Assembly (NCBI RefSeq): GCF_947503465.1
Contig: NZ_CANNDN010000006.1
Location: 8,857 to 72,856 of the forward strand
Direction: 5' to 3'
Source: an uncultured Tateyamaria sp.
Lineage (GTDB): Bacteria > Pseudomonadota > Alphaproteobacteria > Rhodobacterales > Rhodobacteraceae
DNA: 64,000 nt
Part shown: positions 30,000-42,752 of the stretch, one piece after another
Numbering within the stretch: position 1 is the stretch's first letter
Layout: every line of letters starts with the position of its first letter
Notes under the pieces: generated by a model
Seen by the model: the letters and a program-made list of their open reading frames with translations, nothing else
What the model was told of the DNA's origin: nothing
The model's database searches: none
Position numbers and translations under genes: made by a program

Positions 30000-31256
30000 T
30001 CATTCCCCCGGAACCAAGGTTGCATCATTGGTGTCGGCCGCCTGCATCACGCGGGCGGCGACGATGGCCGCGCACAGGAACAGCGCCGCCTCAAAGGTGA
30101 AAACAGTGCCGTAAGCCGCGGCATCCGGCAGGATCAGACGGGTCAGGTCCAACATCCCCGTTGCGACCAGACCGGCCAGACCGGCGGCGATGGCTTGGGC
30201 AGCCCCAAAGACACCCATCCGTGTGCCGGTGCTGCGCGCATGGGCAGCGGCCAATTGCATCATCGACCCAACCGCACCCACGACAAACAGACCGTTGCCA
30301 AGGCCCAGCACCACGGTTGACGGCACCAGCGGCATCATCAGGCCCAGACCCAGCAGCCCAAGCGCCGACAGCACACAGCCCGTCACCGCCCAGAACCGCA
30401 GCGACCCGATGCGCAGATGCGACAGCACCCCGGCGCCAATCATCCCCAACAGGGCGGCACCATCCTTGCCGCCCGACAGCTTGGTGCTGTCCTCGGGACC
30501 AAGGCCATGCACATGCCCGGCAAAGGGTTCAAAGATCAATTCGGACAGATAGAAGGCCAATATCGACAGGAACACGAAGCCGGTGAACCGCCGCGCAATC
30601 GGGTCCGCCCACGTCCGTTTAAGCGCGGCACCCAGCGGCGTGTCGTCCGGCACATGCTCGAACTCCGCATGGCTTTCGACGCCAGCCGTCGCAATGACGC
30701 ACATAAGGAACGCGATGGCACAGACTGCGGCCACAACCCACACCAATCGGTCGGGGCTGTAAGGCTCCAACGCGATCCCTGTCCCGACAGAGGCAAGGAT
30801 CGCGCCCGCAATCAACAGCAACCACGCCAGCGTGGCCCCTGCCCCTTTGCGCGGTCCGGTCACGCAGGCCAGCAGCGCAAGGAATGACGTGCCCGCCGCC
30901 CCGATGCCCAGGCCAATGGCCGCATAGGACAGAACCCAAACACTCAGCGCCAGCGTCACCGACGTCTCGGCCAGCAGAATACCCCACGCCGCCCCCAGCA
31001 CACCCAAAGCAACCACCGCAATCCCACCAAGGATAAAGGGCGTCCGCCCGCCCTTTACATCCGACCGATGCCCCCAAACGGGCCGGGTCAGTTGCACACC
31101 GTAATGCAGCGCCACCAGCAACCCGGGCAGCAGCGCGGGCAGCGCCAGTTCGACCGTCATCAACCGGTTGAACAGGTTCACAGGCAGCGCGGCCAAACCA
31201 CCGATGGCGGCGTTGACCAGGCACAAGCGTGCCAGCATGCCCCAGCCCGCAATCAT
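30000..31256 (-). CDS. pucC: PucC/BCD-family MFS protein
   Basis: Trimmed to the ATG at 31256 (ATGA overlap with the bchG stop). 12-TM LhaA/PucC-like protein between bchG and bchP. Confidence 0.8.
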   Translation of the reverse strand: MIAGWGMLARLCLVNAAIGGLAALPVNLFNRLMTVELALPALLPGLLVALHYGVQLTRPVWGHRSDVKGGRTPFILGGIAVVALGVLGAAWGILLAETSVTLALSVWVLSYAAIGLGIGAAGTSFLALLACVTGPRKGAGATLAWLLLIAGAILASVGTGIALEPYSPDRLVWVVAAVCAIAFLMCVIATAGVESHAEFEHVPDDTPLGAALKRTWADPIARRFTGFVFLSILAFYLSELIFEPFAGHVHGLGPEDSTKLSGGKDGAALLGMIGAGVLSHLRIGSLRFWAVTGCVLSALGLLGLGLMMPLVPSTVVLGLGNGLFVVGAVGSMMQLAAAHARSTGTRMGVFGAAQAIAAGLAGLVATGMLDLTRLILPDAAAYGTVFTFEAALFLCAAIVAARVMQAADTNDATLVPGE

Positions 31257-32152
31257 GTCAGCCCCCGCAGCGCAAAGGCGGCAATCATCATGCCAGAGAC
31301 ATACAGCAGCACACCCGTGCCATTGTACCACGGGGCCTTGGCCTTGGGATCGCGGAACATGATCCGCATGGCCCAGAACTGCACCAGCAGCACCAGGGCG
31401 ACACCGGCGGCATGGGCCGGACGGTCCCACAGGGCCAGCAACGCAATCACCACAGCCTGCGGCACCGCCATCACGGCACAGGCGACTTGCGCGGCGCGGC
31501 GCGGGCCAAGGGTGACAGGCAGTGAATTCACACCCATCTGACGGTCGCCCTCAAGCGCCTTGAAATCGTTCAACGTCATGATGCCATGCGCGCCCAGACC
31601 GTACAGCAGCGCGACGATCAGCACCTCGGCGCGCGGCGCACCCGCACTCAGCACGGCGGCCCCGGTGATCCATGGCAATGTCTCGTAACTCAGCCCAACC
31701 AGCCCCGGACCCCACCAGCCCGACCGCTTCAGGCGGACAGGTTCAGCGGAATAGGCCCACGCCGCCAGCACGCCCGCAATGGTCGCGGCAAAGCCCCATG
31801 GACCCAACTGCCAGCCAACAAACAGGGACAAGGCGGACATGGCCAGCGCAATCCACAGCCCCCACCGGCCCGGAATGCGCCCCGATGGAATCGGACGGTC
31901 CGGTTCATTGATGGCATCCACATGACGGTCGCACCAATCATTGGCGGCCTGAGACATCCCACACACGATGGGCCCCGCCAGCAACACACCCAGCAACACC
32001 AGGTACCACTGACCCACGGGCGATGCCCCGGACGAGATCACGCCACACAGATAGGCCCACATCGGCGGGAACCACGTGATCGGCTTGATCAGACGCAGGG
32101 CCGCCGCAGGCTCGGGAAATCGGCGCGTAGGTAAGGAAGGGCTGACATCCAT
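31253..32152 (-). CDS. bchG: bacteriochlorophyll a synthase
   Basis: 299-aa UbiA-type prenyltransferase (NDWCDRHVDAINEPDRPIPSG). Confidence 0.9.
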   Translation of the reverse strand: MDVSPSLPTRRFPEPAAALRLIKPITWFPPMWAYLCGVISSGASPVGQWYLVLLGVLLAGPIVCGMSQAANDWCDRHVDAINEPDRPIPSGRIPGRWGLWIALAMSALSLFVGWQLGPWGFAATIAGVLAAWAYSAEPVRLKRSGWWGPGLVGLSYETLPWITGAAVLSAGAPRAEVLIVALLYGLGAHGIMTLNDFKALEGDRQMGVNSLPVTLGPRRAAQVACAVMAVPQAVVIALLALWDRPAHAAGVALVLLVQFWAMRIMFRDPKAKAPWYNGTGVLLYVSGMMIAAFALRGLT

Positions 32153-32153
32153 G

Positions 32154-32171
32154 TGTCAACTATGACTGACA
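32154..32171. promoter_or_regulatory. PpsR-type box TGTCAACTATGACTGACA (TGT-N12-ACA) just upstream of the bchG start
   Basis: Fits the published PpsR/CrtJ consensus TGT-N12-ACA, with palindromic TGTCA/TGACA arms. Lies in the 49-bp ppsR-bchG spacer. Confidence 0.6.
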
Positions 32172-32201
32172 CTTTGAGTCGGCGCAAGGTTGACAGTTGC
32201 G

Positions 32202-33620
32202 CTAGCCGTCCTTGCTGAGCAGCCCGTATTTGCGCAGCTTCACATAAAGCGACTGGCGCGACAGGCCCAGCATCTCGGCCGCGGCGACGCGGTTGTTGCG
32301 GGTCAGGTTCACGGCTGTTTCGATGCACATCTTCTCGACCACATCGGTGGTTTCTGCCACGATCTCCTTCAGCGACGCCGATCCCACCAGGTCCATCACG
32401 TTGCGGCCGGGTTCGGGCATGCTGGACGATCCGCCGCCTTCGGGCTTGCGCACCGCATCCAGACGACTGACATCGCGGATGATCAGGGCGACAGCGGGGT
32501 TTTCGGCATCCTCAAGGGCGGTGGCCGACACCTCGACCGGAACGCGCGCACCCAGATCGTTGACAAGACGGGTGGCATAGACGCGCATCTGCCCCGACCG
32601 GGCCGCGTTCTCAAGCAGGACACCAAGGTCGATCTGACCCCGCGACAGATACTCGGCCAGCGACTGGCCCACGACATCCGACAGATGGGCGGCCCCCACC
32701 AGATCCAGGAAGGCATCGTTGACGGACAATGTGGTGCCGCGCGGATCCATGAAGACAATGGCATCCGTGGTGCCACGGAACAAAGAGGCGGCGTGACGGG
32801 CGGCACTGTCGGGCGCCTGAACCACGGCCTCGCCGGCCAAACGGCACATCAACACCCGCTGCCCCGACGCACGGAACAGCACGGGATACAGATCAACAGC
32901 CTGCCGGGTGCGCGAGGTGCGCACGGCCACGGGGGTGCCATCATCGGTCAACGTGGCATTCATCAGGCTTTCGGTCAGCTCGGCACCGGACCTGTCGGAA
33001 AACAGGCTGGCAAACGTGGCACCCATCAACGCCTCGGGCTTCAGGCCCAGAACGGCGGCGGCCTGCGCATTGGCATCCTCGATCCGTCCGGTCTGCACGG
33101 ATACGAACACCACGGCATCGTCCACATTGGACATGACAACGCGGTACCGGGCGTCAAATTCGCGCCGGGCCTCGTACCCCTGTTCCAGGGCAATCTGCGC
33201 CTGAACCAGCTGCTGCTGGGTTTCGGCAATGGGGCGCAAATCGCGGCCCAACAGCAAAACGGCGTTTTCCTGGCCAAAGCGGTGGAAGGTATAGCGCACG
33301 GGATACTGCCAGACGGCATTGTCGGAATGGTTCAGCTCCAGCGGCTTGCGCGGCGGCTGACCGGACATATAGGCATCGTGGGCGTGCTGGAACTTCTCGA
33401 TACTCTCGTCAGTCAGGAAATCGATGACCGAGCGGCCCTCCCAATGGCTGAGATTGCCAAAGCTGTCATCCTGCCTGTTCAGCAACACGGACAGGATCGT
33501 GCCCTCTGCCGAGACGACCAACGCAATGTCGGACGCCGCCGCAATGATGCTGCTCAGGAATTCCGGCTCGATGAGCGGGACAGAGCCACTTGTCCAGAAA
33601 TTGCTGCCATCTGTTGTCAT
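32202..33620 (-). CDS. ppsR: photosynthesis gene repressor PpsR/CrtJ
   Basis: 472 aa. PAS repeats plus a C-terminal Fis-type HTH (AAAEMLGLSRQSLYVKLRKYGL). Confidence 0.9.
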   Translation of the reverse strand: MTTDGSNFWTSGSVPLIEPEFLSSIIAAASDIALVVSAEGTILSVLLNRQDDSFGNLSHWEGRSVIDFLTDESIEKFQHAHDAYMSGQPPRKPLELNHSDNAVWQYPVRYTFHRFGQENAVLLLGRDLRPIAETQQQLVQAQIALEQGYEARREFDARYRVVMSNVDDAVVFVSVQTGRIEDANAQAAAVLGLKPEALMGATFASLFSDRSGAELTESLMNATLTDDGTPVAVRTSRTRQAVDLYPVLFRASGQRVLMCRLAGEAVVQAPDSAARHAASLFRGTTDAIVFMDPRGTTLSVNDAFLDLVGAAHLSDVVGQSLAEYLSRGQIDLGVLLENAARSGQMRVYATRLVNDLGARVPVEVSATALEDAENPAVALIIRDVSRLDAVRKPEGGGSSSMPEPGRNVMDLVGSASLKEIVAETTDVVEKMCIETAVNLTRNNRVAAAEMLGLSRQSLYVKLRKYGLLSKDG

Positions 33621-34399
33621 CTACGGCCCAATGCCTTTTTGCGCTTCGTCACGAAGCCGACAACATCCTTAGCCGTATTGGTCACCAGATCGACGCCTGT
33701 TTGGTCTCTTGTTGTTTCGGCAATCACCGCGCATGGGCCCCCCAAGGCCAGAACAGGCGGTACATCACCAAGTTGTCTGATCTTTTTAACGCTTCTACGT
33801 ATGGTTTCAAGGGCACTGGCGCGCGCGCACGAGAACAGGACCATGTCCGGGCGGTCATATTCAACCCGACCAAGAAGATGCGCGCTGCTCTCGTTGATGG
33901 AAATGCCGACATCACAGCCCAGGCGCCGCAACTGGGCTGCCACCACGCTGGCCCCCAGGAAATGCTGCTCGGCCTCGGGGACGACAACAAGGGCATGCGG
34001 CGTGTCGCTGTGATCCGTGTGGACCCGCGTCAGGCCATGGGCAGCCTCGCCCAGCAGCGCCTGCAGGCGCATGGCACCGACGGTCACGGATGCGAAATCC
34101 AGATCGGATGTCATCCACATGTCGCCCAGATGTTCGGCGGCCTTGGGAATATACAGATCAATCAGCGCATCATGGGTCAGCCGGTAGGCGCTCATCTCTT
34201 CAAGAACGAGGGCCGCGTCGAAATCCACGCGCGTCGTGACGACACGCACCAGATAGTCGACGGCAATCTGCCGCGCACCCGACGGGCCCACGACCTGCCG
34301 GTCCTTCAGGATGGAAATGACCTCACTCGCCAGAGCAGCATGCTCATCAAAGCGCCCTGACGGGCGACGGGTCGTGCCATATGGGTCGTCCTGCGTCAT
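33617..34399 (-). CDS. ppaA: cobalamin-binding photosynthesis regulator PpaA/AerR
   Basis: 260 aa. B12-binding-domain-like C-terminal half. Immediately upstream of ppsR and overlapping it. Confidence 0.8.
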   Translation of the reverse strand: MTQDDPYGTTRRPSGRFDEHAALASEVISILKDRQVVGPSGARQIAVDYLVRVVTTRVDFDAALVLEEMSAYRLTHDALIDLYIPKAAEHLGDMWMTSDLDFASVTVGAMRLQALLGEAAHGLTRVHTDHSDTPHALVVVPEAEQHFLGASVVAAQLRRLGCDVGISINESSAHLLGRVEYDRPDMVLFSCARASALETIRRSVKKIRQLGDVPPVLALGGPCAVIAETTRDQTGVDLVTNTAKDVVGFVTKRKKALGRR

Positions 34400-34488
34400 G
34401 GATTACCTCGATCCGTGCAAACGCATTGAACAACTCTGGCGCGTCAGAGTCGTGGAAGTTGACAAAGTGTCTGCCTGACAGCGCACTA

Positions 34489-34506
34489 TGTCAACCGGAT
34501 TTGACA
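34489..34506. promoter_or_regulatory. PpsR-type box TGTCAACCGGATTTGACA in the ppaA-bchF divergent region
   Basis: TGT-N12-ACA with TGTCAA/TTGACA arms. Confidence 0.65.
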
Positions 34507-34631
34507 GTATTTATGGACCATATCGCAAGTCTGACGGGTAAAAATCCAAAAAAACCGCGCAAAACTTACAATTTGGCCAATGCCGGCTGTCTGAACACCG
34601 CGACGACAGGCAAAACAGATGACAGGCAAAG

Positions 34632-34649
34632 TGTAAGTTCTAATTGACA
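34632..34649. promoter_or_regulatory. PpsR-type box TGTAAGTTCTAATTGACA overlapping a TTGACA -35-like hexamer upstream of bchF
   Basis: TGT-N12-ACA, 58 nt upstream of the bchF ATG. Confidence 0.6.
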
Positions 34650-34706
34650 CTTTTCCATCCCACCCGATACGCTGAACCCAAGACGCAAAGGGAGAGGCGC
34701 ACCCAA

Positions 34707-36487
<1,781 letters not shown>

Positions 36488-36489
36488 TG

Positions 36490-36521
36490 TTTCATTGTTC
36501 CAAAAATATGCAAAAGGACGG
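36490..36521 (-). repeat. stop-proximal repeat family, copy D (bchN-bchB junction)
   Basis: TTTCATTGTTCCAAAAATATGCAAAAGGACGG begins 2 nt after the bchN TGA and ends 6 nt before the bchB GTG. Confidence 0.8.
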
Positions 36522-36527
36522 TCGCCC

Positions 36528-38075
36528 GTGAAGCTCACCGTCTGGACATATGAGGGCCCTCCCCATGTCGGCGCCATGCGCGTCGCAACCGGCATGACGG
36601 ACCTGCATTACGTCCTGCACGCCCCGCAGGGCGACACATATGCGGACCTCCTGTTCACGATGATCGAACGGCGCGACCACCGCCCGCCCGTCACCTACAC
36701 CACATTCCAGGCCCGCGATCTTGGCGCCGACACCGCCAACCTGTTCAAGACGGCGGCGCAGGACGCTTATGACCGGTTCAAGCCGCAGGCGATCATCGTC
36801 GGCGCATCCTGCACCGCCGAATTGATCCAGGACGATCCCGGCGGCATGGCCGAAACGATGGGCCTGCCGGTGCCCGTCATTCCGCTTGAGTTGCCCAGCT
36901 ATCAGCGCAAGGAAAATTTCGGCGCCGACGAGACGTTCTTCCAGATCGTCAAAACACTGGCCCGCCCGATGGCGCGGACCAAACAGATCACCGCCAACCT
37001 GATCGGCCCCACGGCACTGGGTTTCCGTCACCGCGACGACATTCAAGAGGTGACCGCGCTGCTCTCCGATATGGGCATCAGCGTGAATGTCGTGGCCCCG
37101 ATGACATCGTCGCCCGCCGACATCGCCCGCATGGGGGCCGCGCATTTCAACGTGCTCATGTATCCCGAAACCGCCGAAAGTGCCGCGCGCTGGATGGAAC
37201 GGGAGCTTGACCAACCCTACACCAGGACCGTGCCCATCGGCGTTGGTGCCACCCGCGACTTCATCAACGAAGTCGCCGAGATCACGGGCAAGGACGCCTA
37301 TCTCGACACCTCCCGCCTCCGCCTGCCCTGGTACTCCAGATCCGTCGACAGCACGTACCTCACGGGCAAGCGCGTCTTCCTCTTCGGCGACGGCACCCAT
37401 GTGCTGGCCGCCGCGCGGATTGCCCGGGACGAGATGGGGTTCGAGGTGGTCGGCATGGGCTGCTACAACCGCGAAATGGCCCGGCCCGTCCGCGCCAGGG
37501 CGCGCGAGATCGGCATCGAGGCCACGATCACCGACGACTATCTGGAAGTGGAACGGGTGATCGAGGCGCTGCAACCCGAGATGATCCTCGGCACGCAGAT
37601 GGAACGCCATATCGGCAAGCGCCTGGGCATCCCCTGCGCCGTCATCTCTGCGCCCGTGCACGTCCAGGATTTCCCGGCCCGCTACTCGCCCCAGATGGGG
37701 ATCGAAGGCGCGAATGTGATCTTCGACACATGGGTCCACCCGCTGGTGATGGGGCTGGAAGAGCACCTTCTGCACATGTTCCGCGAGGATTTTGAATTCC
37801 ACGATGCCGCCGGGCCGTCACATCACGGTGGGCATGCGCCCCTGGCTGACGCTGGGGGGCCAGCCCCCCAGACCCCCCGGGATATTTCCGGCCAAGAGAA
37901 TGTGCAGGGTGTGGGTGTGATCTGGCTGCCAGCTGCAGAGAAGGAGTTGAAAAAGATCCCCTTCTTCGTGCGCGGCAAGGCCCGTCGCAATACCGAAACC
38001 TTCGCCACCGAGCGTGGCGTGGCCGAAATTTCCGTCGATACACTCTATGAGGCAAAGGCCCATTATGCGCGATGA
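36528..38075 (+). CDS. bchB: light-independent protochlorophyllide reductase subunit B
   Basis: GTG start at 36528 gives (M)[19 protein letters not shown], the canonical BchB N-terminus. C-terminal [12 protein letters not shown]. Confidence 0.9.
   Translation: MKLTVWTYEGPPHVGAMRVATGMTDLHYVLHAPQGDTYADLLFTMIERRDHRPPVTYTTFQARDLGADTANLFKTAAQDAYDRFKPQAIIVGASCTAELIQDDPGGMAETMGLPVPVIPLELPSYQRKENFGADETFFQIVKTLARPMARTKQITANLIGPTALGFRHRDDIQEVTALLSDMGISVNVVAPMTSSPADIARMGAAHFNVLMYPETAESAARWMERELDQPYTRTVPIGVGATRDFINEVAEITGKDAYLDTSRLRLPWYSRSVDSTYLTGKRVFLFGDGTHVLAAARIARDEMGFEVVGMGCYNREMARPVRARAREIGIEATITDDYLEVERVIEALQPEMILGTQMERHIGKRLGIPCAVISAPVHVQDFPARYSPQMGIEGANVIFDTWVHPLVMGLEEHLLHMFREDFEFHDAAGPSHHGGHAPLADAGGPAPQTPRDISGQENVQGVGVIWLPAAEKELKKIPFFVRGKARRNTETFATERGVAEISVDTLYEAKAHYAR
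37873..37903 (+). repeat. stop-proximal repeat family, diverged copy G, in frame inside bchB
   Basis: CCCCCCGGGATATTTCCGGCCAAGAGAATG, read as [10 protein letters not shown] in the variable C-terminal linker of BchB. Confidence 0.55.
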
Positions 38076-41000
38076 CATCGGCATAAACGGGCGCCTGCCC
38101 GGCTACCGCGTGGTCATCATCACGCTGGACAGCCATGCCGCGGGCCCGGCGCGCCGGGCAATGGATACCCTCGCCGCAGACTACCCCGGCCTTGATCTGC
38201 AGATCCACGCCGCCGCCGAATGGGGCGAATCCGAAGCCGCGTTCGAAGCCGCCAAGGAGGCGGTGATGCACGGCGATATCATCATCTCGAATCTTCTGTT
38301 CCTCGAGGAACACGTGGCCCGCATCCTGCCCGCGCTCAAGGCCCGCCGAGACCACTGCGATGCCATGGTCGGCATCATAGCCGACGCCGAAGTGGTCAAG
38401 CTGACCCGCATGGGCACGCTTGACATGCAGGCACCGCCCAGCACCATGGGCAAGCTGATGAAACGTCTGCGCGGCTCGTCCAAGCCCAAGACCGAGGACG
38501 GCGCAAAGAAGATGGCGATGCTGCGCCGCCTGCCCAAGATCCTCAAGTTCATTCCCGGCAAGGCGCAGGACCTGCGCGCCTGGTTCCTGGTTATGCAGTA
38601 TTGGCTGGGCGGGTCGGACGACAATGTCCGGGCGATGATCCAGTTCCTGTTGAACCGCTATGCGACCTCTGCCGACTGGGCGGACCGGCCCGAAGCGGCG
38701 CTGCCCGTCGACTACCCCGACACCGGCCTCTATCACCCCGATCTGCCCGCCCGCATCACCACGGATGCCGCCGACATCCCCGGACCTGACGGGGCCGAGA
38801 TGACCGTGGGCATCGTCATGTTGCGGTCCTACGTGCTGGCCGGCGACACCGCGCATTATGATGGCGTCATCCGCGCGTTCGAGGTGCGCGGCATGCGCGT
38901 CCTGCCCGCCTTTGCCGGGGGGCTTGATGCGCGCCCCGCCATTGACGCCTATTTCAAGGGGCACGTGGACGCGCTTGTGTCGCTGACCGGGTTCTCGCTT
39001 GTCGGCGGTCCCGCCTACAACGACAACGTGGGCGCCATTGACGTGCTGGCCGATCTGGATGTGCCCTATCTCGCGGCCCATGCGCTGGAATTCCAGACGC
39101 TGGGACAGTGGGCGGCCAGTTCCGGCGGCCTGGGCCCGATCGAAACCACCATGCTGGTCGCCCTGCCCGAACTGGATGGCGCCACCTGCCCCACCGTCTT
39201 TGGCGGACGGCTTGGCCCCGAGGGGTGCAACGGGTGCAATCACAGCTGTCAGGCGGGTGAGCCCAAGGCGATGGTGCCGTGCGCCGAACGCATCGACAGC
39301 CTGGCGGAAAAGGCCCTGCGCCTTGGACGCCTGCGCCGGAAGGAGAACGCGGACAAGAAAGTGGCCGTGGTCCTTTTCGGCTTCCCACCCAATGCCGGGG
39401 CCGTGGGCACCGCCGCGTACCTGTCTGTTTTCGAGAGCCTGTTCAACACGTTGAAGGCGATGCATTCCCGCGGCTATCGCGTTGACCTGCCCGACAGCGT
39501 GGACGCCCTGCGCGCCCAGGTGCTGCAAGGCAATGCCGCGCAATATGGTCAAGAGGCCAACGTCGCCGCCCATGTGGATGCCGACACCATCGTGCGCACC
39601 ACGCCACCGCTCGCCGCCATCGAAGCCGTCTGGGGCCCTGCCCCCGGGCGCATCCAGTCCGACGGGCGGGGTGTCTTCGTGCTGGGCAAGAAACTGGGCA
39701 ACATCTTCATCGGTGTCCAGCCCGCCTTTGGCTACGAGGGCGACCCGATGCGTCTGCTCTTTGAAAAGGGGTTCGCGCCGACGCACGCGTTCACCACCTT
39801 CTACCTGTGGCTGCGCAACACCTACCAGGCCGACGCGGTGCTGCATTTCGGCATGCATGGCGCGCTGGAATTCATGCCCGGCAAGCAGGCGGGCCTTGGC
39901 GCGCAGGACTGGCCCGACCGGCTGATCGGCGAGATGCCCAACATCTACCTTTACGCCGCCAACAACCCGTCCGAAGCATCGCTGGCCAAGCGCCGCTCGG
40001 GTGCCGTGACGATCACGCACCTGACACCGCCGCTGGCGACCGCTGGTCTCTACAAGGGGTTGGCGGAGTTGAAGGACTCGCTGTGCCGCTGGCGCGAAAT
40101 GCAGGGTGATGACCCGGCGCGGCCCGAATTGGAGGCGCTGATTTCGGAACAGGCCGACGCCGTCGACATGGGCGGCACACCGGCCGACGCGCTGTGGCTG
40201 AAGCTGCTGGAAACCGAAGACGCGCTGATCCCCGACGGGCTGCACATCGTTGGCCAACCGCTTAGCGATGCGGCGCGCGAGGAATACCTGAACCTGATGC
40301 CCCACGCGGACGATGACGCGCGGGCACGGGTCGATGCGCTGCTGCAAAACGAAACCGAACTCGGGGCGCTGATGAATGCCCTCGACGCGCGCTACATTCG
40401 GCCCGTACCGGGCGGCGACTTGATCCGATCGACCGACATCCTGCCCACGGGCCGCAACATCCACGCATTCGACCCGTTCCGCATGCCCACGGCCTTTGCC
40501 TGCCGCGACGGGATGAAACAGGCGCAGCTGCTGCTTGAAACACACCCCACCCTGCCCCGGTCCATCGCGCTGGTGCTGTGGGGATCGGACAATATCAAAT
40601 CCGATGGCGGGCCGATTGCGCAGGCGTTGGCGCTGATGGGCTGCACGCCGCGTTTTGACAGCTTTGGCCGTCTTGCCGGGGCCGACCTGATCCCACTTGA
40701 CGACCTTGGCCGCCCGCGCATCGACGTGATCATGACCCTGTCGGGTATCTTCCGTGACCTGCTGCCGCTGCAAACCCGCATGCTGGCCGAAGCCGCGCTG
40801 AAATGTGCCCAAGCGGACGAGCCGCTGGAGCAAAACTATATCCGCGCCCACGCGCTGGCCTATGCAGAGGCGCAGGGCGTGGACCTTGCCACCGCAGCGC
40901 TGCGCGTCTTCTCGAACGCCGAAGGGGCCTATGGGTCGAACGTGAACCAGCTGGTCGACAGTTCCGCCTTCGGGGACGAGGACGAATTGGCCGACGCTTA

Positions 41001-41622
41001 TGAGACACGCAAGAGCTTTGCCTATGGCGTCGATGGCAAATCCGCCGCCAACCCCGCGCTGCTGCAAAAGGCGCTGGCGGATGTGGAAGTCGCCTATCAG
41101 AACCTCGAATCCGTCGAACTGGGCGTCACCACCGTCGACCACTATTTCGACACGCTGGGCGGCATTGCGCGCGCCGTGAAACGGGCCCGGGGGTCGGACG
41201 CCGCCGTCTATATCGGCGACCAGACGCGCGGCAACGCCAAGGTGCGGACGCTCAAGGATCAGGTGGCGCTGGAAACCCGCAGCCGCGCACTGAACCCCAA
41301 ATTCTTCGAGGGGCTGTTGAAACACGGGGCCGAAGGTGTGCGCCAGATCGAGGCGCATGTGACCAATACCGTCGGCTGGTCCGCCACCACCGGTCAGGTC
41401 GATGCTTGGGTCTACCAGCGCATCTCGGAAACCTTTGTGCTGGACGAAGAGATGCGCAAGCGCATTGCCGATCTGAACCCAACCGCATCAAGCCGTATGG
41501 CCAACCGCCTGCTGGAAGCGTCCGAGCGCGAGTATTGGGCACCGGACGCCGAAACGCTGGCCGCGTTGCAGGATGCGGCCGATGCGCTTGAGGACAAGCT
41601 CGAAGGGATCGCAGCCGAATGA
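38065..41622 (+). CDS. bchH: magnesium chelatase subunit H
   Basis: About 1185 aa ([13 protein letters not shown]...), CobN/BchH family. Start at ATG 38065, with an alternative at 38047. Overlaps the bchB end. Confidence 0.9.
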   Translation: MRDDIGINGRLPGYRVVIITLDSHAAGPARRAMDTLAADYPGLDLQIHAAAEWGESEAAFEAAKEAVMHGDIIISNLLFLEEHVARILPALKARRDHCDAMVGIIADAEVVKLTRMGTLDMQAPPSTMGKLMKRLRGSSKPKTEDGAKKMAMLRRLPKILKFIPGKAQDLRAWFLVMQYWLGGSDDNVRAMIQFLLNRYATSADWADRPEAALPVDYPDTGLYHPDLPARITTDAADIPGPDGAEMTVGIVMLRSYVLAGDTAHYDGVIRAFEVRGMRVLPAFAGGLDARPAIDAYFKGHVDALVSLTGFSLVGGPAYNDNVGAIDVLADLDVPYLAAHALEFQTLGQWAASSGGLGPIETTMLVALPELDGATCPTVFGGRLGPEGCNGCNHSCQAGEPKAMVPCAERIDSLAEKALRLGRLRRKENADKKVAVVLFGFPPNAGAVGTAAYLSVFESLFNTLKAMHSRGYRVDLPDSVDALRAQVLQGNAAQYGQEANVAAHVDADTIVRTTPPLAAIEAVWGPAPGRIQSDGRGVFVLGKKLGNIFIGVQPAFGYEGDPMRLLFEKGFAPTHAFTTFYLWLRNTYQADAVLHFGMHGALEFMPGKQAGLGAQDWPDRLIGEMPNIYLYAANNPSEASLAKRRSGAVTITHLTPPLATAGLYKGLAELKDSLCRWREMQGDDPARPELEALISEQADAVDMGGTPADALWLKLLETEDALIPDGLHIVGQPLSDAAREEYLNLMPHADDDARARVDALLQNETELGALMNALDARYIRPVPGGDLIRSTDILPTGRNIHAFDPFRMPTAFACRDGMKQAQLLLETHPTLPRSIALVLWGSDNIKSDGGPIAQALALMGCTPRFDSFGRLAGADLIPLDDLGRPRIDVIMTLSGIFRDLLPLQTRMLAEAALKCAQADEPLEQNYIRAHALAYAEAQGVDLATAALRVFSNAEGAYGSNVNQLVDSSAFGDEDELADAYETRKSFAYGVDGKSAANPALLQKALADVEVAYQNLESVELGVTTVDHYFDTLGGIARAVKRARGSDAAVYIGDQTRGNAKVRTLKDQVALETRSRALNPKFFEGLLKHGAEGVRQIEAHVTNTVGWSATTGQVDAWVYQRISETFVLDEEMRKRIADLNPTASSRMANRLLEASEREYWAPDAETLAALQDAADALEDKLEGIAAE

Positions 41623-41686
41623 TCCCGCAGTCACATATCAACCGTCGGAGCCTCCCCTTACGGCGGCATAGCCGCCTATCGGGCGA

Positions 41687-42646
<960 letters not shown>

Positions 42647-42686
42647 TGAAAACCGCGACGCAATACTGCACCGGGTGCCGCTCTCA

Positions 42687-42708
42687 TTGCTCTTGCAAGC
42701 AAGAGCAA
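42687..42708. repeat. 22-bp perfect palindrome TTGCTCTTGCAAGCAAGAGCAA in the bchL-bchM spacer
   Basis: 10-bp arms. Sits in an unusually long (106 bp) intra-operon spacer. Confidence 0.85.
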
Positions 42709-42752
42709 CTGCCGCGCACTGCCCACTTTTTGCAGGAGTGCAGAAAGTGACG

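Noticed and set aside
37642-41358. Very long antisense ORFs. Examples are the 1238-aa ORF opposite bchH, and also 8308..10266(+), 12568..14166(+), 20276..22771(+), 35123..36595(-), 44799..46550(-) and 57650..58939(-).
   Set aside because: These are typical shadow ORFs of high-GC DNA. They are Arg/Gly/Ala/Pro-rich and low-complexity with no recognisable domains, and each lies opposite a gene with clear family motifs.
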